Assembly: GCA_964016885.1 (NCBI GenBank)
Contig: OZ024759.1
Coordinates: 19,406,001-19,470,000 of the forward strand
From: Eledone cirrhosa
Taxonomy: Eukaryota
Length of the DNA: 64,000 nucleotides
Reading direction: 5' to 3'
In this document: positions 26,041-36,939 of the stretch, one piece after another
Numbering within the stretch: the stretch's first letter is position 1
Layout of the letters: the number at the start of each line of letters is the position of its first letter
Position numbers and translations under genes: made by a program
The notes under the pieces: model-generated
The model's database searches: none
What the model was told of the DNA's origin: nothing
What the model saw: only the letters and a program-made list of their open reading frames with translations

Positions 26041-26664
26041 TAATGGTTTATGCATGTGGCACAAGGCCAGCAATTTGAAAGGAAGGGAGTAAAGTTAACC
26101 TCGGCGGGATTTTAACTCAGACCGTAAAGGGCCGTAACTCTATGCTTCAAAGCATACCGATACTGCCAAGATACATAAACATTTTAGTCGGAAAATTAGG
26201 AACGTCTGCATCCCTAAAAATGATGGGACAATACACATAAGCCCCTAGGCCTTACCATTTATTTAGTAGTCGATAAAATAAAATGCCTCTTCTCCAAATT
26301 GCTGGCTTTATGCTAATGTTAGAAAAGATTATTAAATCAGCGAGAGAAGCAGTTGATTTACAGAATCGGTAGAGCGTCAGAGGAATATATTGTGGTTTTT
26401 CATTACGACCCTCACTGTTCTGGTTTCAAATCCCACCAAAATCAACTTTGTCTCTCATCCTTACGAGGAAAGGAGGGGTCTGGTATTGATAAAAAGGTAC
26501 CGAAGTCGATGTAATCGACTTCATCCATCCCCACCCTAAAATTGCTGGCCTTGTGCCTAAATTAGAAACCATAATTTAGTAAAAAGTAAAAACAAAAAAC
26601 AACAAAAACAAATCACTATATATTTATTTAGTCAATGAGAGTGATCTCCCCTTGTTTAAACAAG

Positions 26665-26805
26665 ATGGCGGAACAGAAGCCGAAACAAGATGTTGCGACG
26701 TCTTCCTCTACAGCAAAGGTTAATAGTTCTTCCAGTTATGGTTGGAGGCAAGCACCAACCACAACGTTGTTTAGAATCACCAATTTCGAATTATTTGTCA
26801 AACCT
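26665..26805 (+). CDS. SMIM8: SMIM8 orthologue, coding exon 1
   Basis: aagATGGCG start; MAEQKPK...TTTLFRITNFELFVKP|gtgagt, like SMIM8 TTTLFRAVNPELFIKP (recalled). Confidence 0.9.
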
Positions 26806-28183
26806 GTGAGTTTATTATACTATAATATAGTTATTTTACATTTCCGAATTAACTGAGTAACGAAAATAGCATTTGCTATAAGCCACCAATTTTCAGTTAT
26901 CTTCTAGCAAATGTCCTTTATACTCTGTTGTCTTTAACCTTTATGTCACATTTTCATTTTAAATTTAGAATCCTTTATGCTACAAGCTCCATAATAACTT
27001 AATCCGTCACTGTTATTTTTAATTTTCACACGTTTAACCTTTGTTGATGTTACGTAAACTTCGTCCAGACTAACTAACTAACGTCGTCGTTGTTGTTATT
27101 ATTCTAAAATGTTCCTGTTGTTTATTTAATACTAGCTTAGCTCTTACTCTTACTTAACCAGTAAACATTTCAGTCGTTGCCATACAGGCATAGTATACCG
27201 TAGAGTACAGTGTTGAACATGTCTTTCTGTTGTTTACAGCCTCGGCACATGTCTGTTTGTCATTGTTGGTCGGTTTTTAATACATCTATCTCTCTCGCTT
27301 TCTTTTTATATATAATTATTAAGGCTAGTTACTACAACAGAGCCAAGTCAACGAAACGTACGTTCCTGGTTTGTCTCCGTTGTAGTAACTGGTATTAATA
27401 ATTAAAACTTACTCTACGGACTTGAGTTACTCTACGCCTTGGATATTTCTACCAAGTTATTACCACTATATATATATGTGTGTGTGTAGGTGATTCAGCT
27501 ATTGTTAGCCTGATAGCTTTGTCGACCTCAACACTTTGTAGCTAATCCACCCACGACCGTGGTCGTAGCATGACCAAATGTTCGCTTTGCAGTCATTAGG
27601 TTCCATCCCAGTGTAGCATCTTGAGCAAAGGTCATTTACTATAGCTTCAGGTTAATTCGTGTCTTGTGAGTGGAATTGGGAAGACAGAAATTGTTTGGAA
27701 GTCCGTTAGATGGATTGTACCTGTAATTTGAAACCGGCGGAAGTCCGTTGCTCTTCCCGTATTTGAAAGGAGCAGCCTTATCTTACACTTTGTCATGCTG
27801 AATCTCCCTGAGAATTACGTTTAGAGTACACGTGTCTGAGCAAGCTGCTGATCAATTAATTAAAGATAAGAATGATATTTTAATATATTTCAAGGATATA
27901 ATAATATATATTTTCAGCATGTATAAACAAATAACATACAGGATTAAATGTGTAACTTTGGAGAAATATCTATTTACAGGGACAAATGTAGGGTTAAAAC
28001 CTAGGAAAGTGAACTTCTTATTGTAACAACATGAGTGAGATAGGAAATGCATCGTACACACATATATACACAAACACACGGTGCATTTCCTGTATCAGTG
28101 TGTGTGTGTAAATTATGAGTTTCAGACGGAGATATATATAAATATGCAAACACAGATGGCTTATTATTGTGGTTAGTTGGTTG

Positions 28184-28472
28184 CAGAGGCGTAACTAGGG
28201 TATGGGAAGCATTGCCCGTGCCATGGGCGCTACATGGACTAGGAGCTGGTTCTATTCAACTCAAATAAGCCTCCTCGGAGAGTGAAACAAGAAACTCCTT
28301 CAGATGTATGATCTGTCTCTGATTACCATGGCTGAGAAACACTATGGTGGCTGGATCATTAATAAGCATTTATATAAATTATTAGGCCTCCATAGGTAAA
28401 AATAGTGCTGGACAGGGGCACAATTCCACTGCTTGCCATAGGGGCTATTTTCCCTAGTTATGCTTCTCTCTA
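28184..28472. mobile_element. hAT-type MITE in the SMIM8 intron
   Basis: TIR CAGAGGCGTAACTAGGG / CCCTAGTTATGCTTCT; perfect 8-bp TSD GTTGGTTG. Confidence 0.8.
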
Positions 28473-29283
28473 GTTGGTTGTTATTTGTTGGGGGAGGGGA
28501 TGAGAACGTGAAGATGTGTGGCCTCGTGGTTAGGATGTTGGATTCATGGTCATAAAGTCGTGGGTTCGATATTTGGTCTAGGTGGTGTGTTGGGTTCTTC
28601 AGCAATATACTTTATTTTGGATGGTTGATTGACAAAATATTTTGAGGTGTTTTACGCCGTTCTTTACGTTCTGAGTTAAAATCTTGCTGCGGTCAACTTA
28701 GTCTTTCATCTTTCAGGGGTTTATAAAATAAAGTACCAGGAAAATACTGGGGTCGATATAATTTTCTTTCTTTTTCACAAATTGCTGGCCTTGTGCCTAA
28801 ATTAGAAATCAACATCAGTACCGGTAAAAAAACTGGGGTCCATATAATTAACTTTACCTTTCTCCCTAATTGTGGGCCTTGTGTCTAAATTAGATATCAA
28901 CATCAGTACCAGTAAAATACTGGAGTCCATCTAGAGTTTCCCTTTCCACAAAATATTGTGGGTTGGTAGTCGCGTCTGTATTATATATTTATAACTTTTT
29001 AAGGCGATAGAGTGGCAGTATCAGTAGAGGGTTGGACGCCATGCTTTGCAGCATAGTTATGGTCCTTTACGGTTTGAGTTCAAGTCCTGCCAAGGTTAAC
29101 TTTGTCTTTCATCGTTACGGGGTCGATAAAATAAAGTACCAGTAATGCACTGGGATAATTGCTGGCCTTGTGCCAAAAGTAGAAACAATTATATATTTAT
29201 ATATAAATATTAAAAAAAAAATTTTTTTTTAATATACTTCCTTGTTTTTTTTTTTTCATTTTTTTCTCCCATTATTTCTCCAG

Positions 29284-29442
29284 AACAAACCTGTGATGTA
29301 TGCAGGCCTGTCCATGTTTGTTGGCTGTGTGGCTTATATAATCTTCATGAACATTAATGATGACAAAAAAAACAAGACATATGTCTCTGTTGCTGAAGAT
29401 GGATCTTTAATAAAACGACAACGATCTTCCCGCTGGGATTGA
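29284..29442 (+). CDS. SMIM8: SMIM8 orthologue, coding exon 2 (TM helix, stop)
   Basis: cag|NKPVMYAGLSMFVGCVAYIIFM...KRQRSSRWD*; spliced product 99 aa with the SxWD C-terminus. Confidence 0.92.
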   Translation, partial: NKPVMYAGLSMFVGCVAYIIFMNINDDKKNKTYVSVAEDGSLIKRQRSSRWD

Positions 29443-29599
29443 TACAATCCAATCCCTAAACCTGTCAAATTTTACACATACACATTATCGTTCTTGTTAT
29501 TTTTTCCTCCTCTTCTTGTTGTCGTTGTTTTTCTTTGTTCTCGGTCTCTACTTTTTCTTTTCTATTTTTGCTTTTGCATGTGGGTGTGGATGGTACATT

Positions 29600-30240
29600 A
29601 CTCGATATGGGAGGCACTTTCTTCTACCTGGGTGACATGATCTGTGCTGGTGGAGGCTGTGAACGTGTTGTTGCTTCTCACTGCTGTGTTGCATGGGGCA
29701 AATTCAGAAAGCTGTTGCCCATCCTCATTCAAGGCACATCTCTTTCAAGGTTCGTGGCAAAGTGCTTTCTGCTTGCGCTCACTTCGCCATGCTTCATGGC
29801 AGTAAGACATGGGCTCCAAATGCCTCAAATCTGCAATGGCTCAGGCAAAATGATCGTGCCATGGTTAGATGGATCTGTGGCACCAATTTGAGAGATGAGA
29901 CCCCTTCGACCATGCGCCACCAGAAGCTGGGTATGGATGAGATCACTGCTGTCCTTCGCACACGTCGTCTCCGTTGGTACGGACATGTACAGTGAGCCAC
30001 GTCATACATCAACTCCATCACTCACTTGGCAATCCCTGACACTAGAGATCACGGCAGACCAAAGAAGACGTGGTTGGAGGGCGTGAAGAGTGATTTGTAT
30101 AAATGGAACTTGGCTGATGTCGATACTATGGACAGAAATCCAAGGAGAGCGGCTGTGAGACATTGCCTGGTGTTGCTTACCTCAGACTCCAGGACAACCG
30201 CAGCACCCTAAAGACCAAAACTGGATGGATGGATGGATGG
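29600..30240 (+). mobile_element. RTE-clade LINE 3' fragment (frameshifted)
   Basis: FYLGDMI..GGGC...AWGKFRKLLPIL / KVRGKV...MLHGS.TW...LRWYGHV / GRPKKTW; (GGAT)n tail. Confidence 0.85.
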
Positions 30241-30902
30241 AAACTATTTTATTACTAGTGAAAACACTGCCTATGTGTTTCAAGTAATGTTGAAAATAAT
30301 CAAGAATTTTAGGGCTATTTAATAGTTTAACTAATTTACTCATTATTAAGCTGTGTTTGGAACATAACATAACTTCTTAAGTAAAATTATAAGGAAGGTT
30401 TTTTTTTATTTCTATGCACATTAGAAATGTGCATTTCTAATGTGCATAGAAAAGTGGTTGGTGTTAAGAAGGGCATCTAGCAGTAGAAACCAAGCCAAAA
30501 TCAGTTCTGTGTGAGCAAAACAGTCCTCTGACCTGATCCCTCACAAAGGGACAACCCATCCTTTCCTTGTTAGCGTGGAAGATGGATGTTAAATGATGTT
30601 GTTGATGATTAAGCTCTGTGGTACTATATTTCTAATAAAAATCACAGTTTATGGCCTTCAAATAATTTTGAATATATTCAACTATATACATATATAGGTG
30701 TGTGTATATATGTAACAGTTATAAGTGTGAAGTTTGAAAGAGCAAAGAGATAAAAATATACCTAATTTTGCTTCAAAATCCTGACAGTTTCACCAATTGG
30801 TGTGCAACTAAAGTGCACTCGGGCAATGAGGTTATCAGCTTGTCAATAGACTCCCATAACAAAGGGAGAATTATCTTGTGGCATAACAATAACCAGATGG
30901 GT

Positions 30903-31160
30903 AGCAAAGGACAGCAGTGATCTCATCCACACCCACTTCTGGTGAAGCATGGTCGAAGGGGTCTCATCTCTCAAATTGGTGCCACAGATCCATCTAACCA
31001 TGGCACGATCATTTTGCCTGAGCCATTGCAGATTTGGAGTCCATGTCTTACTGCCATGAAGCATGGTGAAGTGAGCGCAAGCAGAAAGCACTTTGCCACG
31101 AACCTTGAATGAGGATGGGCAACGGCTTTCTAAATTTGCTCCATGCAACACAGCAGTGAC
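30903..31160 (-). mobile_element. Inverted copy of part of the RTE fragment at 29680-29960
   Basis: reverse complement; same KVRGKVLSACAHF.MLHGSKTW translation. Confidence 0.85.
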
Positions 31161-31882
31161 ATTTGGTGAGTAACATATTTACGAGAAGCAGCAGTTTGTT
31201 TCAGCCTAGGTTTGACTCAACCAAAAGGAAGTTAGAACGAAATATAAAGATACATGTACATACATAAGTATAAACACGTGGTGTCCCTCCTTTACCAGTT
31301 TTGCTTGATGGATGAATAAATTAAATAATCAGTTAATCAGAGCTATATAACAATTATAAGTGTTCTACCACTATATATATATATATATATACCCAATTAC
31401 ACCTCTCCAAAGCGATGACACATGACCGGGACCTCTGGTGTCACGCAGTAATACAGAGTACCCGACCTCCCATGGGTATAAGCTGAAGCATATAGACAAT
31501 ATGCCCCCACACCCTCCCACTGCAAGGTGGTCGTGGAGGTGCCACGGCAAAAAAGCACCCAGCCCACACTGTAAAGTGGACGTGTAGGCGCCACGAAAAA
31601 GCACCCAGCACTCACTGTAAATGAGGTTGGTGTTAGGAAGGGCATCCAGCTGTAGAAATCAAGCCAAATCAGTTCCTGTATGAGCAAGGCATGGTCAGCC
31701 GACCAGACACTGCCCACAACAGGACAACCTGTCTAACCAATGCTAGCGTGGAAGAACGGATGTAAAACGGTGATGATGATGATAGTGGTAGAACACTGGA
31801 AGGTAATATCCGTAGTGGTAGAGCACTCAGTCCATGGGACGAGTTAGGTAGAAGTAGTTACACAACAGTTAGTTCACCATAC

Positions 31883-31971
31883 CGAGAACAATTGTTTCAC
31901 CTGAGCAGATCCTCAGCTCGTAAAGGTCCATTACGAGCTGAGGATCCGCTAAGGTGAAACAATTGTTCTCG
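31883..31971. ncRNA. Divergent pair of minimal hammerhead motifs (31883-31920 minus, 31934-31971 plus)
   Basis: CGAG-CTGAGGA-TCCGCTAAGGT-GAAA-CAATTG-TT-CTCG on + and its near-identical inverted copy; stem II is weak. Confidence 0.65.
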
Positions 31972-32706
31972 GTATGGTGAACTAACTGTTGTGTAACCAC
32001 TTATATATATATATATTTATATATATATTCGTCCCCTCACCAGATATTCATTAGTAGATTCAGTTGCCAACACTTTGAGGGCGACTGGCCGAGAAGCTAG
32101 TTGGTCAGTCCTCCTCTCTGTCTCTGATTTTTCAGACCCATGGTTTTTTACATATTCCTTTGTTATATTCCAATACCTGATGATATCACCGGATTCATAT
32201 GGAACCCGGTCATTGAAATGATCATAGTATAATAAACCTTTCAAGGATTTACACCAGTCCAGCCTCCTGTTATTTTATTTTATTATCGGCAAATTGGCAG
32301 TATCGGTAGAGGGTTGGACGCCATGCTTTCTAGCACAGTTACGTCCCTTTACAGTCTGAGTTCAAATCCCGCCAAGGTTAACTTTGCCTTTCATCCTTAC
32401 GGGGTCGATAAAATAAAGTACCAGTAATGTACTGGGTAATTGCTGGCCTTGTGCCTAAAGTAGAAACAATTATATATATATTTATATATATATATATATA
32501 CACACACTTGATGTTTAGGTTCACATCAGTATTGAGGTGTAGAGTTAGACAGTGTAATATAATAATGCATGTATGAATGGTTACTCCTTCATTACATTTA
32601 TTGGTTGGTGACGCACGTTTTGCTATTGATCAGCTCAATGTTTGATCTGTATCAACCTGGCCCAACTCTGGAATCAAAAGCAGAATTCTGTCATTACTAC
32701 TACAGA

Positions 32707-32789
32707 GGTCTGACGAGTTTTTGATTCCCGAGTTGGGCTAGATCGATACAGATCAAACCTTGAGCTGATCAGAAGCGAAACGCGCAACA
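32707..32789 (+). ncRNA. Decayed hammerhead motif in a fold-back element
   Basis: GGT-CTGACGA-GTTTTTGATT...GATCAGAAGC-GAAA-CGCG-CA; U16.1 lost; AATAAA downstream. Confidence 0.5.
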
Positions 32790-33617
32790 CTAACCAATAA
32801 ACGTAATGAAGTAGTAACCATTCATCCTTGTATTATGGTGGATTGGCAGTATCGGTAGAGGGTCGGACGCCATGCTTTCCAGCATAGTTACGTCCCTTTA
32901 CGATCTGAGTTCAAATCCCACCGAGATTGACTTTGCCTTTCATCCTTACGGGGTCGATAAAATAAAGTACCAGTAATGCACTGGGTAATTGCTGGCCTTG
33001 TGCCTAAAGTAGAAACAATTATTATTATTATTATTAGTGGATTGGCAGTATCGGTAGCGGGTCGAACGCCGTGCTTTGACTCATAGAGTTACGACCCTTG
33101 CCATTCTGAGTTCAAATCCCGCCAAGGTTAACTTTGCCTTTCATCCTTACGGGGTCGATAAAATAAAGTACCAGTAATGTACTGGGTGATTGCTAGCCTT
33201 GTGCCAGAAGTAGAAACAATTATTAATGGAGGCACATGGCTTAGTGGTTAGAGCACTGGCCTTGCAATAGAAAGGTTGTGAGTTCAATTCTCAGACCGGG
33301 TGATGTTGTTTCCTTGAGCAAGACACTTTATTTCACATTGCTCCAGTTTACTCAGCTATAGAAATGAGATGGTAGGACTGGGGTCCCTATCATTCCACTG
33401 CAAAGTGGTCGTGGAGGTGCCACGACAAAAAAAAGGCACCCAGTACTCACTGTAAATGAGGTTGGTGTTAGGAAGGGCATCCAGCTGTAGAAATCAAGCC
33501 AGAATCAGTTCCCGTCCCACCCTTGCAAGCAGGGAAAAGCAGGCGTAAAATGATGATGATATATAGATGTATATATTGAAAAATAAAACCAAACACTGCT
33601 AAATATATCATATTTCA

Positions 33618-34597
33618 GGCTGCCTTACTCAAATGGTTTGAAGGTCTCGGTCTGTGTAAGTGTACATCTTTGTCCTTATCTTGCTCCCTTTTTGTGCGTG
33701 ACATTCTCCCCTTCCCAACTTGGTCTAGTTCCACCAGGGAGTTGGATGAAGCTTTACTACAGTGGAAAGAGCTGGGATTGTCAGTTCCAGTTACTGATGA
33801 GGATAGACGGAAGCAGAGAGTATGGGACAACCTGCATTTGAGGGAAACTTTCAACCCTCTCTTTGATCTTTCCGATCAATTTTCTAGGTGCCCCTTACTT
33901 TCTGCAAACGCAAAGTTCTAGGACTGGATTGATGCCCTGCCTGTGGCCAACATTGGTGGCCTTCTCTGTCAGGACGAACTCCGTATCTCCATTGCACTTT
34001 GTGTGGGAGCCAACGTCTGGGGGGGGACTGAGATGCCACTGTGGTAGATCCCTTGACTCCACAGGTTTACATGGTTTGTCCTGCCACCTGAATGCTGGTC
34101 ATTTTGCCCGTCACAACGAGTTAAATCTGATCATCAAACGGGCCCTGGCTCAGGTAAATATCCCCACAGTTGTGGAGCCAGCTGGTTTATCCAGAAGTGA
34201 TGGAAAGAGACCAGACACTCTTAGCCTTTGTCCCTGGGTGAAAGGTAGGTGTCTTATCTGGGACACCACAGTTAGTAACTCTTTAGCTCCCTCCCACACC
34301 ATGGACACTGTGCTGAATGTAAGGGTCACTACTTCCGTAACCAAACAGAATAAAATTCAGAAATACCTGGACTTCTCAAATAATTATTTTTTCCAGCCTG
34401 TGGTGTTCAAGACGTTTGGTGGCATTGGGCTGCTGACAATGAAGTTCTTGTCTTCACTGGCGGCTCCCCTTACTGAGGTGTCAGGTGATGGCTGTGAGGG
34501 TGCCTGGTTATTTCAGTGCCTTAGCCTTGCCATCACCCATGGTAATGCCACGAGTGTGTTGGCTTCCAATGCGGCCGATTATCACACTTGGTGGTAA
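33618..34597 (+). mobile_element. CRE-clade non-LTR retrotransposon C-terminal region (zinc knuckle + RLE endonuclease), decayed
   Basis: CHCG...GLHGLSC...RHNELN...EP...DGKRPD...WDTTV...KIQKY...WLFQCLSLAITHGNA. Confidence 0.82.
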
Positions 34598-34857
34598 TTG
34601 CCCCTCCCCCACTCTTTTTTTCTTTCCTTTATCATTATTGTTCAATGAATTATATTGTATTTTTATACACATTGAAGAATTAATAAAGGTAATAAATTTA
34701 CGCTCATTTCATTCTTAATATTAAAAGCTCAGAATTAAATAAGATATAACTACCTTAAACATGATATTATATATGTAAAAATATAACATACCAGTTTACT
34801 TTTTAAAAATACAGCATAATACTAGGAAATTATACTTACCTCTCGAATCACAACTAT

Positions 34858-35012
34858 GATTCACTTGGGCCCTCAAATGAATAATTATTCACTTGGGCCT
34901 TCAACTGAATAATTATTCACTTGGGCCTTCAACTGAATAATTATTCACTTGGGCCTTCAAATGAATCATTCACATGGTCCCTCAAATGAATTATTCACAT
35001 GAGCCCTCAAAT
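34858..35012. repeat. ~29-bp tandem repeat (~5 copies)
   Basis: ATTATTCACTTGGGCCTTCAACTGAATA. Confidence 0.85.
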
Positions 35013-36167
35013 GAAAAAGCATACATTATATAATATTTTAATAGTTATAAGCAATATATTTTTCTTGCACAATAAATTCAGTATAAATATTAAAGTTTTT
35101 AATGAGAAAAAGTTTCACATGCTAAGTTATACACACATACCCCATTCTGTCTCAAGGCTAATATATATATGGTGCCATATATATGTAAATACATTTCAAG
35201 TTAAAATTCTACTATTTATTCATATACAACATCAAAACAAGAACAGTAGAAAAGTGTGTAAATATATTTACACAAATATACACATCGTCACATACGTGCA
35301 TGTGTATATATATTGGTATTTTATATACATATATATAAATATCATAGATTGAGTTATAAACTCCAAAATAGTCTTTTACAATTAAATAGCTCAAAGAAGG
35401 GAATCTTTCCGAGCCGTGTAATACAATTAAATATATGGCGGGATGAACACAGATACAAGTATACATGTCTTCCAATTGCAGACGACCAAGTTAGATAGGT
35501 TGAAAAAATACTAATTAAAAAAAATATGGTTTGCCTGTCTCGATTTCAAGTAATAAATCAATAAAAATAACAAACCTATATATATATATATACACACATA
35601 CACACACACATATATATCAAGAACTACTGAGTTAAGACTAGGTATATACAATAGTGTGTACATGCATATAGTATCATTTACACATCTCTCTCTCTCTCTA
35701 TGAGCAAGACAAGGTCAGCCGACCAGACACTGCCCACAACAGGACAACCCGTCTAACTCATGCTAACATGAAAGAAATGGTAAAATGGTGATGATGATGA
35801 TATACAAGCATATATATCCATATCTACACATAGAAAAATACGTACACTTATATATGCACAAAGTGCTGGTTTATATAGCCAGAGGATTCCTCCACATATA
35901 CGAACATATGTTTATATAAAATCAAATGGTATACATGAGACAAAATGTGATATTACACATACATCTATATACACAGTTTCACATACCCATACAATTATCT
36001 ATTTTCATATTCGAAAATGTATTACTTTATACTATATATATATATATATAAAAGAAAATTTTCGCTCTACATGGCTGAATACAATAAATGTAATCTGAGT
36101 TATTAATAATATTCAATTCGTTTGCAATTATGCAAACAAGCCTCAATTTTATAGCCATGTTAGTATG

Positions 36168-36229
36168 GAACAGTGAGCTGTACTGATGAAGGGTGATACC
36201 CAGAAACATTAGTGTCTGCAGTTCTGTTC
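36168..36229 (+). ncRNA. Type-I hammerhead ribozyme motif (intact)
   Basis: GAACAgtGAGCTGTA-CTGATGA-AGGGT GAT ACCCA-GAAA-CATTAGTG-TC-TGCAGTTCTGTTC; GUC site. Confidence 0.85.
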
Positions 36230-36729
36230 ACACTCTAACACAAGAGCAAGAATGAAGGGTTCATTCTACTGACATGGCTATAAAATTGAGGCTTGTTTGC
36301 ATAATTGCAAACGAATCAAATGTTATTAATATTCGAAAAACTCAGATTACATTTATTTATATATATCATCATCATCATCATCGTTTAACGTCCATGTTCC
36401 ACGCTTGCATTGGTTTGGACGGGAGTTTTCCCACTTGAGGCAAGAGTGGTTGTCTTGCTCGCATAGGACTGTCTGGCGGGTTTTCTACAGTTGGATGCCC
36501 TTCCTAACACCAACCACATTTACAGTGTGGGACTGGGAGGTTTTTACCGTGTTGCCTACACGGCCACATTACAGCGTGGACTGTGTGTTTTTTTGTCGTG
36601 ACACCTACACGATCTCATTTGTTTCTTATATATATATATACTGAAGTAAAAGTTAAGTGGAAATATCCAAGAGAAAGAGCACTCAATCCATAGGACGAGT
36701 TAAGTATAAATAATTATAACAGTGACATA

Positions 36730-36884
36730 AACAGGTACTCAAGTTTCGTTGGGTTCTGGGCCCCAACTCATCCAGCCTGTCATGAGAAAAATAACAAAGA
36801 TCAGTAAAGTGCTTTGTTTTTATTTTTCTCATGATAGGCTGAATGAGTTGGGGCCCAGAACCCAATGAAACTTGAGTATCTGTT
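36730..36884. ncRNA. Divergent pair of variant hammerhead-like motifs with an 8-nt core (CUGRAUGA)
   Basis: GACAGG-CTGGATGA-GTTGGG..CCCAAC-GAAA-CTTGAG-TA-CCTGTT (minus); CTGAATGA version on plus. Confidence 0.55.
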
Positions 36885-36907
36885 TATGTCACTGTTGTAA
36901 TTATTTA

Positions 36908-36939
<32 letters not shown>

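Noticed and set aside
26635-26664. Upstream in-frame ATG extending SMIM8 by 10 aa
   Set aside because: ATG at 26665 has the better context and gives a length like known SMIM8; the upstream start cannot be excluded but is unsupported.
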